In this document: positions 31,216 to 39,982 of the stretch, piece by piece
How positions within the stretch are numbered: position 1 is the first letter of the stretch
Layout: every line of letters begins with the position of its first letter
From: Lachnospiraceae bacterium
Lineage (GTDB): Bacteria; Bacillota; Clostridia; Lachnospirales; Lachnospiraceae
Length of the DNA stretch: 64,000 nucleotides
NCBI GenBank assembly: GCA_015258095.1
Contig: JABZIV010000003.1
Span: 11,021 to 75,020 of the forward strand
Direction: 5' to 3'
Notes under the pieces: model-generated
What the model was told of the DNA's origin: nothing
The model's database searches: none
What the model saw: only the letters and a program-made list of their open reading frames with translations
Program-made: the position numbers and the translations under genes

Positions 31216-32295
31216 CTAGTTTAATGCCTCCTTTAAAGCTTCTACGTTCGGCTTCATGAGATCGACGTAGGTCTTTCCCGCCTTGAAATCACTATCTGTT
31301 ACATTGTGTACTGCATTTAAGAGCATCTTCTTCGCCCCGGTATCCCGACAAATGGCATCCACCATATCCTCATTACTCATCTCGATATGAAAGACAACCG
31401 GAATCTGATCCTCCTTCACTTTGTCCGTAAGAAAGGCAGTTGTGGACGCGGAAGGCTGGGTATCCGTAGAGCAACCCGGGAAGGCTGCAAAATACTTGAG
31501 ACCGAACTCCTTACAAAAATAAGCGAAGGGGAAACGATCCGCTACAATGATTTCCTTTCTTTTGCCATGATCCACTACTTCCTGAAAGCTCTTATCCAGT
31601 TCTTCCAATTCCTTCACATACGCATCGCTGTTTGCCTTAAACTGCTCTTTATGTTCCGTATCCAGTCCGGAAATGGTTTCTTCCAGCTTCTCTACAATCG
31701 TGATGGCATTCTTCGGGGATGTCCATACATGCTCATCCATCTCCGGTTCATCCTCTTTATCCTGGTCATGATCGTCCTTGGCAGAGTCGGACTTGTCCTG
31801 GCCTTCTTTGCCATGGTCATGATCGTCTTCCTCTTCCTCCTGCATGCCTTCCACCGTCTCTTCTTCCATGAGACTTACCGCATCCATCATCTTGAACACA
31901 TGAAGATTCTTTCCCTGCACGGATTTCAAAACATCCTCTACCCATTCGTCGCTATCTCCACCGGTATACAGGAACAAATCCGCATTCTGAATGGTAATAA
32001 TATCCTTCGGACTCGGCTCATAGCTGTGCGTCTCCGCACCGGGTTTCACCAGCATCGTAAGTTCCGCATCCCCTTTCGTGATAGCGCGGGCAAAATCATA
32101 GGAGGGGAAGTTCGTCGTCACAATCTTCAATTTCTTCGCGCCGGAACTCTTCTCCTCCGCTTTCTCCGTGCTTTTCTCACTCTCCTTCTGGCTGGGCGCT
32201 ACAGTGCTTTCCGCGCTCTTCCCGTTTCCACAGGCAAAAAGCATAGAGGCAGTGAATAAAACGCCACTCAGTAAAATTCCTTTTTTCAGTCTCAT
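31216..32295 (-). CDS. znuA: zinc ABC transporter substrate-binding lipoprotein with His/Asp/Glu-rich loop
   Basis: ZnuA/AdcA cluster-9 SBP fold with an EEEEDDHDHGKEG...DDHDQDKEDE loop. Start set at MRLKKGILL, immediately after the zur stop codon. Confidence 0.85.
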   Translation of the reverse strand: MRLKKGILLSGVLFTASMLFACGNGKSAESTVAPSQKESEKSTEKAEEKSSGAKKLKIVTTNFPSYDFARAITKGDAELTMLVKPGAETHSYEPSPKDIITIQNADLFLYTGGDSDEWVEDVLKSVQGKNLHVFKMMDAVSLMEEETVEGMQEEEEDDHDHGKEGQDKSDSAKDDHDQDKEDEPEMDEHVWTSPKNAITIVEKLEETISGLDTEHKEQFKANSDAYVKELEELDKSFQEVVDHGKRKEIIVADRFPFAYFCKEFGLKYFAAFPGCSTDTQPSASTTAFLTDKVKEDQIPVVFHIEMSNEDMVDAICRDTGAKKMLLNAVHNVTDSDFKAGKTYVDLMKPNVEALKEALN

Positions 32296-32735
32296 TCCGA
32301 GGCTCCTTTCCGTTGTGTCTGTGCACAATCTGCACACAATCCATAGAATACCGTCTTCTTTTCATCCCAATGAAATCCATGATGCGTAATGAGATGCTCC
32401 ATCATAAAATCCAGCTCATGGCAATGGAGATGAATCAGTTTTCCGCAGACATTGCACTTGCAATGAAAGCAGGAACAGGCTTCTCCTCCTTCTGTATCCT
32501 TTCCAACATAGGAAAAGCAAGCCGGCGTGTTTTGATCAATGATGTACTTGTTTACCATTCCCTCTTCACAGAGTCTTTCCAACTGTCGATATACCGTTGT
32601 CGTACCGATCGGTCTGCCTTCCTCCTGAAAATGGCTGACCAGTTCCGCCACCGTAAAATGGGTATTCGGGCGCGAGGAAAGAAAGGATAGGAGTTCCTCT
32701 CTGTTTTGCGATTTATACATTGTTTTTTCTTTCAT
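32292..32735 (-). CDS. zur: Fur-family transcriptional regulator, zinc uptake regulator by context
   Basis: 147 aa with a winged-helix N-terminus and two CxxC pairs (CFHCKC...C; CADC). First gene of the znuACB operon. Confidence 0.8.
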   Translation of the reverse strand: MKEKTMYKSQNREELLSFLSSRPNTHFTVAELVSHFQEEGRPIGTTTVYRQLERLCEEGMVNKYIIDQNTPACFSYVGKDTEGGEACSCFHCKCNVCGKLIHLHCHELDFMMEHLITHHGFHWDEKKTVFYGLCADCAQTQRKGASE

Positions 32736-32854
32736 GCCGACTCCGCTCCCTGAATGCTGTTTGTATTCCGTTTTCTCTGTGCTTTAGTAAGATTGAGCAG
32801 GGGATATCACACCCTTTTCGCACGAATCTCAAAAGAATAGAAAAGTACATGAAA

Positions 32855-32900
32855 ATGAAAACCGTTTTCATATTCTAAAATAGAAAACGGTCTTCGTCAA
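32855..32900 (-). promoter_or_regulatory. zur operon promoter (TTGACG-17-TAGAAT, minus strand) with an overlapping 7-1-7 inverted repeat TGAAAAC-c-GTTTTCA
   Basis: -35 is the reverse complement of 32895-32900. -10 is the reverse complement of 32872-32877. A perfect palindrome ATGAAAACCGTTTTCAT at 32855-32871 lies immediately downstream of -10. A related half-site GAAGACCGTTTTCTA lies in the spacer. Confidence 0.45.
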
Positions 32901-33025
32901 GCATCTATCGATGTAAAACTTTAAAACAGCCGGATAAAACGGCTTAATGGAAAAAGAATAAAAAAACGAAACAGAATGATCCATCACGGACCGGAATGAA
33001 ACAAAGTGGAAATAAAACCGAAAAA

Positions 33026-33793
33026 TCAGCTTCTACCCGCACGGAGATTCTGTATCGCAATCCCATTTTCTTCCAAAGCAGCCCTCAGTTTCTTCACAAA
33101 AAGCAAAGCCTTCTCTCCGTCTCCGTGTACACAAACGGAGTCCGCTTTAATAGGAATTTCTTTTCCGCTCACAGCCCGTACTTTTCCTTCCAGAATCATC
33201 GAAAGGACCCGGTCGATGGCAAGGTCTTCATCGGTAATCATCGCTCCCTCTTTCGAGCGGGCAACTAAACTGCCGTCTTCTTCATACGCTCTGTCCATAA
33301 AGACTTCCGCCGAAACGGCAAGTCCTCTCTTCTCCGCCTCCCGGTAGAGCTTTCCGGAACTCTGCGCCAGAACAATTAATTCTTTATCATAATCCTGCAC
33401 CGCGTCACAGATGGCTTTGGCAAGTTCCTCCTCTTTCGCCGCCATATTGTACAAGGCTCCATGCGGTTTCACATGCTGAAGCCTTCCTCCATGCTCATGC
33501 AGGAAGGCATCCAAAGCGCCAATCTGATAAAGAAGCATCGCTTTCACTTCTTTCGGATTCATATTCATATTTCTCCTGCCAAAACCCTGTAAGTCCGGAA
33601 AACCTGGATGGGCACCGACAGCCGTTCCCACAGTACCGCAGAGAGAGACCGTCTTTTCCATTACCAGCGGGTCTCCGGCATGGAAGCCGCAAGCCACATT
33701 GGCAGAAGAAATCAAAGGAATCACTTCCTGATCGAGTCCCAAAGTATATCTTCCGAAGGACTCTCCAACATCCGCATTTAAATCCACTCTCAT
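33026..33793 (-). CDS. pxpA: 5-oxoprolinase subunit A (LamB/YcsF family)
   Basis: MRVDLNADVGESFG...ACGFHAGDP motifs of LamB/YcsF. Confidence 0.85.
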   Translation of the reverse strand: MRVDLNADVGESFGRYTLGLDQEVIPLISSANVACGFHAGDPLVMEKTVSLCGTVGTAVGAHPGFPDLQGFGRRNMNMNPKEVKAMLLYQIGALDAFLHEHGGRLQHVKPHGALYNMAAKEEELAKAICDAVQDYDKELIVLAQSSGKLYREAEKRGLAVSAEVFMDRAYEEDGSLVARSKEGAMITDEDLAIDRVLSMILEGKVRAVSGKEIPIKADSVCVHGDGEKALLFVKKLRAALEENGIAIQNLRAGRS

Positions 33794-33837
33794 TTCACTC
33801 TACTCCTTCTCTTCCGTCCGGCGAAGAACGCATTTCT

Positions 33838-35187
33838 TTATCTTCCCGACAGCATAAAGCGCTCTACAAATCCCGTGTCCACCTTTCCCTCTCGGAATGC
33901 CTCGGAACGCATGATTTTATACTGAAAATCCAGATTCGTTTCCACACCGAGTACAAGCATCTCTTCCAGAGCGACTCTCATCTTCTGGATGGCTTCCGCC
34001 CGATTCCTCCCCAGTACAAGGACCTTTGCAATCATGGAATCATACTCCATCGGAACCGTATAGCCGGTATACAATGCCGTATCGACCCGTACGCCATTTC
34101 CCCCGGGGAGATGCAAGGCAGTAATTTTTCCGGGAGACGGCATAAAATTCTTCTCCGGAATCTCTGCATTGATCCGGCACTCAATACTGTGCCCCAGGAA
34201 AGGAATATCCTCCTGCCTGTAACTTAGCTTTTCCCCTGCGCTGACGCGAATCTGCTCCATAACAAGGTCCGTATTCGTGAGGAGTTCCGTAACCCCGTGT
34301 TCTACCTGAATACGGGTATTCATTTCCATAAAGTAAAACTGCCCGTCCTTATCCATAATAAACTCAATGGTTCCGGCACCGGTATACCGGACGGATGCCG
34401 CCGCCTTCACTGCCGCTTCCATCATCGCTTTCCGTGTCTTTTCAGAAACGGCGGGGGAAGGGGATTCCTCCACGAGTTTCTGGTGATTTCTTTGAATAGA
34501 ACAGTCTCTTTCTCCAAGGGCAACCACATGCCCATAACTGTCTCCCATAATCTGTACTTCCACGTGTCGGGGTTCCAGAATCAACTTTTCCAGGTACATG
34601 GCGTCATCGGAAAAGGCATTGGCGGACTCTCTTTGCGCGGTGAGGAAATCTTTCTCAAAGTCCGCTTCTTTATAGCACTCCCGCATTCCTTTTCCGCCGC
34701 CGCCGGAGCTTGCCTTAATCATCACCGGAAAGCCCATCTTTCTTGCCTCTTCCAGAGCCTCTCCTACGTCATAAAGAACCGATAAGGAGCCGGGAACCAC
34801 CGGAACTCCCGCTTCCCGCATCCTTCTCCTGGCTTCCGACTTGGTTCCCATCTCTTCAATCACTTCCGCGGTGGGGCCGATGAAAGTAATTCCATTCTCC
34901 TCACATTTTTTTGCAAAATGGGCATTTTCCGAAAGAAAGCCATAGCCCGGATGGATGGCATCACAGCCGGTATTTTTCGCCACCGTTAAAATGGTGTCCA
35001 TATTGAGGTAAGAATTCCGTGCGGCACCCTCGCCTATACAGACCCGCTCATCGGCAAGACGCGTATGCAAGGCATCCCGATCCTCCTTGGAATAAACCGC
35101 AACAGAAGAAACCGAAAGCGCACGAAGAGCCCGAATCACCCTTACGGCAATCTCCCCTCGATTTGCCACTAAAACCCGTTTAAACAA
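33838..35187 (-). CDS. biotin carboxylase (AccC-like ATP-grasp), embedded in the pxp cluster
   Basis: 449 aa. MFKRVLVANRGEIAVRVIRA N-terminus and biotin carboxylase ATP-grasp motifs. Confidence 0.85.
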   Translation of the reverse strand: MFKRVLVANRGEIAVRVIRALRALSVSSVAVYSKEDRDALHTRLADERVCIGEGAARNSYLNMDTILTVAKNTGCDAIHPGYGFLSENAHFAKKCEENGITFIGPTAEVIEEMGTKSEARRRMREAGVPVVPGSLSVLYDVGEALEEARKMGFPVMIKASSGGGGKGMRECYKEADFEKDFLTAQRESANAFSDDAMYLEKLILEPRHVEVQIMGDSYGHVVALGERDCSIQRNHQKLVEESPSPAVSEKTRKAMMEAAVKAAASVRYTGAGTIEFIMDKDGQFYFMEMNTRIQVEHGVTELLTNTDLVMEQIRVSAGEKLSYRQEDIPFLGHSIECRINAEIPEKNFMPSPGKITALHLPGGNGVRVDTALYTGYTVPMEYDSMIAKVLVLGRNRAEAIQKMRVALEEMLVLGVETNLDFQYKIMRSEAFREGKVDTGFVERFMLSGR

Positions 35188-35295
35188 ATTCTCCTCCTTA
35201 TCGATACAGTTCTTCTTCTCCTACAAAGTATCCTACAAAATAGAAACGTATCTCTTTTCGATTCGGAAAGAAGAAAAGATCCTTTTCCCTTTTTC

Positions 35296-35751
35296 TTACA
35301 GTTTTTTCACACGGAAGAGGGGTTGCCCATACTCCACCTTCTGCTCATTGGAAACGAGTACCGCTTCAATTTCACAATCGAAATCCGCCGTGATTTCATT
35401 CATCATTTTCATCGCTTCGAGGATACAAACGGTATCTCCCGCCTTCACCGTATCTCCCACCTTCACAAAAGCGGGAATGGTAGGCCCTTTTGCAGAATAG
35501 AAGGTGCCTACAATAGGACTCACGATGTGCACTTCATTGTCCTCCTCCGTACTCCCCGCGGAGGATGCCGCCTCTTCCTTCTCGGAAGGCAGGGCAGAAA
35601 CCGCACTGACCATACTTCCGTTTGCCAGTACCGGAGGATTATCCAGCTTGCTCATCGTAATCTTAAAATCGCCATCCTTAATGGACATGGTATTTAAGGA
35701 AGAATCCTCCATAATCTTAACCAGTCCTTCTAATTTCTCTAAATCCAACAT
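35296..35751 (-). CDS. biotin carboxyl carrier protein (biotinyl domain)
   Basis: C-terminal EAMKMMNEI biotinylation motif. 151 aa. Confidence 0.8.
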   Translation of the reverse strand: MLDLEKLEGLVKIMEDSSLNTMSIKDGDFKITMSKLDNPPVLANGSMVSAVSALPSEKEEAASSAGSTEEDNEVHIVSPIVGTFYSAKGPTIPAFVKVGDTVKAGDTVCILEAMKMMNEITADFDCEIEAVLVSNEQKVEYGQPLFRVKKL

Positions 35752-35813
35752 TCTATTCTACTCTCCTTAATGCGCTGTAGTTTCCATCTACTCCTTATGA
35801 AGTAAAGCGGGGG

Positions 35814-36821
35814 TTAAGCAAAAAGCTTCGACAATCTCTTCGCGGCAAGTCTGCATTCCAATACTTCCTTACAAGGTTTATGAATGATTTTCCGCATATC
35901 CTGCAACTCTTTCTCTTCATGCAGAAGAAGCCGCTGTGCCTCTTCCACCGTAACCGCCACAAAACGAATCTTATCGTCCATTCTTCTTTGCACAAGCTTC
36001 GGTAAATCCACGGAAATCACCGTTGCAATCTTTCCATACCCTCCCGTAGTCTGCCGGTCAGCCAGTAGAATAATCGGCTTTCCGTGAGAGGGAACCTGGA
36101 TGGAACCCAGGGCGATTCCGTCAGAAATAATATCCGACCCCCTCTTGCTTTCGATATAGGCGCCTTCCAGACGCATCCCCATCCGGTCAAACTCCGCGCC
36201 GACCATATATTCCGTCTCCAGAAAGCTCTTTATCCCTTTCTTGGAAAATACTTCCTCCTCTGGTCCCAAAATCACACGGATTGTGGCTTTATTTTCCTCA
36301 TATTCTTTTAACGGAAGCGTTCGGGAAAGGAAAGTCGGAAGGTAGATCCGTCTCGTGATACGCGTCTCGATATAATCTCCGTCCTCCAGCTTTCTTCCTT
36401 TAAATCCGCCAATCCGGCACTTTAAGTTCGTAGAACGGGAACCCATCACCACCGGTACTTTAAGGTAGTTCGAAAAAGCAATGTAACAGCTTCTTCCGCT
36501 TCGGGCGGAACCCAGTTTCAAGACATCCCCTTCCGCCACATAGAGTGCGGTATACATCGGCACTTCTTCATCATTGATTTCCGGTCGGAAGTCTCCCCCC
36601 GTAATGGAGATAATCATCGGCGCGGTAAACTCCAGGGTCGGTCCGATTAAAGTACACTCCAGCACCGCTTCATTTTCCGGATTGTCCAGAAGCAGGTTTG
36701 CAATACGAAAAGCCCGCCTGTCCATTACCCCGTTCACATTGAAGCCCTGTGCCTGGTAGCCGTTTCTTCCGAGGTCCTGCACCGTCGTGAGCAGTCCTCC
36801 TTTGATTACACGAAATCCCAT
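35814..36821 (-). CDS. pxpC: 5-oxoprolinase subunit C / KipA-like biotin-dependent carboxyltransferase family protein
   Basis: KipA/allophanate-hydrolase-subunit-2-like sequence. Start set at MGFRVIKGG, giving an ATGA-type overlap with the pxpB stop. Confidence 0.75.
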   Translation of the reverse strand: MGFRVIKGGLLTTVQDLGRNGYQAQGFNVNGVMDRRAFRIANLLLDNPENEAVLECTLIGPTLEFTAPMIISITGGDFRPEINDEEVPMYTALYVAEGDVLKLGSARSGRSCYIAFSNYLKVPVVMGSRSTNLKCRIGGFKGRKLEDGDYIETRITRRIYLPTFLSRTLPLKEYEENKATIRVILGPEEEVFSKKGIKSFLETEYMVGAEFDRMGMRLEGAYIESKRGSDIISDGIALGSIQVPSHGKPIILLADRQTTGGYGKIATVISVDLPKLVQRRMDDKIRFVAVTVEEAQRLLLHEEKELQDMRKIIHKPCKEVLECRLAAKRLSKLFA

Positions 36822-36822
36822 C

Positions 36823-37548
36823 TTACTCCCCCTTGTGCCACCGCACTTCATAGCGGTCCTCTGCTACTGCTTCTTCTATTTCCTGATACTCTTTCAGGGA
36901 AATGGGACAGAAACGAATGTACTCTCCTGCTCGCGTAAGAATCGGTTCCTTCTTTAAGGGGTCGTACATCTTCACCGGTGTTTTTCCGATAAGGCGCCAG
37001 CCTCCCGGCGAATCCACAGGATATACACCGGTCTGGGAGCCTCCTATCCCTACGGAACCTGCCGGAATCCGAAGTCGAGGACTATCCAGACGATTGGTAT
37101 GTAACGCTTCCGGAAGACCGCCGAGATAAGTAAATCCCGGCAGGAAACCCAACATATAAATCAGATAGTCTATCGAGCTGTGCTTCTCAATCACTTCTTC
37201 TACCGTTAAGGAGGACTTCTCCGACACAAAATCGAGATCGGGACCAAAATCTCCACCATAACAAACCGGAATCTCCCAGACCTTTTTCTCCATACTTTCC
37301 ACCCTGGTGTCCATCTTCACAAGGGAACGAAGCCTTCGGAACAGTTCCTCATAGCGAATCACCAGGGGATTATATTCCACCAGCAGGGATGCATACGCCG
37401 GAATCATATCCACGATCCCCTCTATCTGTTGCATCTTGATGAGTTGTACCGTCGCACTGATACGACGATTCACTTCTTCACTTATTTCCTGTTGAAATTG
37501 AATCAGTATGGCAGAATCCCCTGCTGCAACCACTCTTACCTTTTCCAT
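36823..37548 (-). CDS. pxpB: 5-oxoprolinase subunit B / KipI-like protein
   Basis: 241-aa KipI family (allophanate hydrolase subunit 1-like), cyclophilin-like fold signature. Confidence 0.75.
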   Translation of the reverse strand: MEKVRVVAAGDSAILIQFQQEISEEVNRRISATVQLIKMQQIEGIVDMIPAYASLLVEYNPLVIRYEELFRRLRSLVKMDTRVESMEKKVWEIPVCYGGDFGPDLDFVSEKSSLTVEEVIEKHSSIDYLIYMLGFLPGFTYLGGLPEALHTNRLDSPRLRIPAGSVGIGGSQTGVYPVDSPGGWRLIGKTPVKMYDPLKKEPILTRAGEYIRFCPISLKEYQEIEEAVAEDRYEVRWHKGE

Positions 37549-37611
37549 AATCCATTCCTTTTGTATTCATTTTTTTGTGCATTCCTAAGTTGTCCCGTGC
37601 CTTCTCTACTC

Positions 37612-38805
37612 TTAAAACAACTTCAAAGCGGAAAGAGAACGGACGCCGACATAAGCGGATAAAACGACGACCAAAACTCCCAGGAAGAACAGGAGTTTAG
37701 GATGCTTATACCCTTCTCCCATAATACTCTTTTTCTGCGATGCGACAAGACAAGTTCCCAGCGTAATCGGTAAAATAAGTCCGTTTAATGCACCGGCAAG
37801 GACAAGAAGACTCGCCGGTTTTCCAAGAAAAGCCATCACCAGTGTGGAAATCACGATAAAAGCAATCGTCCAGGCATTTTCTTTTTCCGCTATTTTTTTA
37901 GAAAAGGTCTTTAAAAAACTGACCGAGGTATAGGCAGCACCGATAATCGAGGTAATTGCCGCACAGGTAAGCACAAGTCCGGAAAAGCGCCTTCCGATTT
38001 CTCCCGCACCCTGGAAGAAGGCATCCGCTGCCGGATTCTTCGCGTCCAGTGTCACACCGCGAATCACTACACCGAGAACCGCGAGGAAAAGAAGAACCCG
38101 CACAATCGTTGCTACAATCATTCCCATTACGGCTGAATACTGAATATCCTTCAGTTTTTCTTCTCCGGTGACGCCGGCATCAATCAAACGGTGCGCTCCG
38201 GCAAAAGTAATGTATCCGCCTACCGTACCGCCAAGAAGGGTAAGAATTGCCGGAACCAGATTGCCTATACTTTCTTCCGGTAAAATCGTATTCTTGGTCG
38301 CATGGAGTAGAGGCGGCTTAACCATAACAATCACAATCAAAATCACAAGAATCATAAGACCACCCAGAACCTTAACCAGCTTATCCATGATTCCCTTCGC
38401 ATCTTTGGAAAGGAAAACCAGCACGGCAAGACCGCCGGCAAGGAAATACGAAATCTGTACGGGAATTCCTAAAGTAGTCTGAATACCGAGTGCACCGCCA
38501 CCGACGTTACCAATATTAAAGACAAGTCCTCCGAGCACAATCAAAAAAGAAATAAAATAGCCCAGTCCCGGAAGTAGCCGATTCCCGACCTCCTGTCCAC
38601 GCAGTCCGCTCACACAAAGTACTCTCCAGATATTTAACTGCGCCACAATCGAGAGAAGAACGGAAAGCAGAATCACAAAGCCGAAGCTTCCTTTAAAGTC
38701 TCCGGTGAACTTCGCTGTCTGTGTCAAAAACCCCGGTCCTATGGCGGAAGTTGCCATCAAAAATGCCGCTCCAAGCAGCGCACCACTTTTTGTTTTTCCT
38801 TTCAT
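37612..38805 (-). CDS. NRAMP-related membrane transporter (YcsG-like) lacking the canonical DPGN metal motif
   Basis: 397 aa, 10-11 TM helices. SAIGPGFLTQTA resembles the NRAMP TM1 region. Syntenic with ycsF/kipI/kipA as in the Bacillus ycsFGI-kipIA cluster. Confidence 0.5.
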   Translation of the reverse strand: MKGKTKSGALLGAAFLMATSAIGPGFLTQTAKFTGDFKGSFGFVILLSVLLSIVAQLNIWRVLCVSGLRGQEVGNRLLPGLGYFISFLIVLGGLVFNIGNVGGGALGIQTTLGIPVQISYFLAGGLAVLVFLSKDAKGIMDKLVKVLGGLMILVILIVIVMVKPPLLHATKNTILPEESIGNLVPAILTLLGGTVGGYITFAGAHRLIDAGVTGEEKLKDIQYSAVMGMIVATIVRVLLFLAVLGVVIRGVTLDAKNPAADAFFQGAGEIGRRFSGLVLTCAAITSIIGAAYTSVSFLKTFSKKIAEKENAWTIAFIVISTLVMAFLGKPASLLVLAGALNGLILPITLGTCLVASQKKSIMGEGYKHPKLLFFLGVLVVVLSAYVGVRSLSALKLF

Positions 38806-39065
38806 ACTGTTTCCTCCTTCTATTGAGACATATCTTTTTGTGTCTTTTATTTAAGTCTTGTTATGCAGTATACTTCATTTTCTGCATTCGTCAAGAAAAA
38901 AGAGAAAAAGTTGCTTAAGTTTTTTTTGATAAAGAAGATACAGCATAGCGGCGCTAAGAATTATACCCTTCCTTCATTTTGACGATATTCTTTCTATATC
39001 ACGCGAAACAGCATAGCTGTTCCCGGCAAAATCCGAACAAAAAATTATTTTAGAAAGGAGAACGT

Positions 39066-39851
39066 ATGGCACTACGTCCACTCGCAAACCATGCTCGCAG
39101 CGCACAAGTACAAATCGAAAAAAACAAGCTGTCCTTTAAGTCCGGAGGAGAGAGGAAGACAGTCGAAATCAAAACCGTCAAAACGGATCGTTTCCAAGCA
39201 AGCACCGAATACCGGGAATTTGTGAAAGAACAAAAAGCAAAAGCAGAAAATCAGGGAGAAACCGTCTTTCTCAATGGAAGCTATGCCGGGTCATTCAGAA
39301 AAGACCTGAAAAACGGCGGAATACGGATTCAACTGGAAAATGCGGACGACCTCTTAAACCTTGCTGAAGACGGCTATATTGAAATGGGCGGTCAGAAAAT
39401 CCTTCTTACCGATGAAGAGAAAAAGACCTTTAAAAAACTCGGAAAAGATATCCAATCGTACAACGAAATGGCAGAAAAACTCGGAAATGCCGTAAAGGAT
39501 GCGGAAAATGCCAAAGAGCAGGGAGAGGCAGAGGCAAAAGCCATGCAGGAAAAGTGGAATCTGCTTAAAATTGCCATGCTTTACGGAACCGGGAAAGCGG
39601 TTAATGAAAAAGACCTGAACCATTTAAGAGAAAAAGACCCGAAACTCTACTCCGTTGCTGTATCCATGCGTGCTTTACAGGAGAAAGTGGAAGAAGATAA
39701 AGATAAAAAATCCATCCTCGAAGACGAGAAGGAAGATACGGATACGAAAGTGGAGGCAGTTCCTCTCACGAGTAAAAAAGCGGAAATTCATCTTTCCAGC
39801 GAAGGAAAGCTTATCTCTGTTCAGGCCGCGGTATCGGAACAGAGCTCTTAA
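39066..39851 (+). CDS. hypothetical Lys/Glu-rich soluble protein
   Basis: 261-aa ORF with an AAAGGAGAACGT RBS and no signal peptide. No family recognised. Confidence 0.45.
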   Translation: MALRPLANHARSAQVQIEKNKLSFKSGGERKTVEIKTVKTDRFQASTEYREFVKEQKAKAENQGETVFLNGSYAGSFRKDLKNGGIRIQLENADDLLNLAEDGYIEMGGQKILLTDEEKKTFKKLGKDIQSYNEMAEKLGNAVKDAENAKEQGEAEAKAMQEKWNLLKIAMLYGTGKAVNEKDLNHLREKDPKLYSVAVSMRALQEKVEEDKDKKSILEDEKEDTDTKVEAVPLTSKKAEIHLSSEGKLISVQAAVSEQSS

Positions 39852-39982
39852 GTTTATCCTTCCTACGAAAAAAACATCTGCTCATCGGTCCCGCTAAGGG
39901 GACATGAGCGGATGTTTTTCTATCGCGCACTGATCAATTCCATTTCCATGTGCACTTTTCAATTGAATTCCCAAGGCAATTC

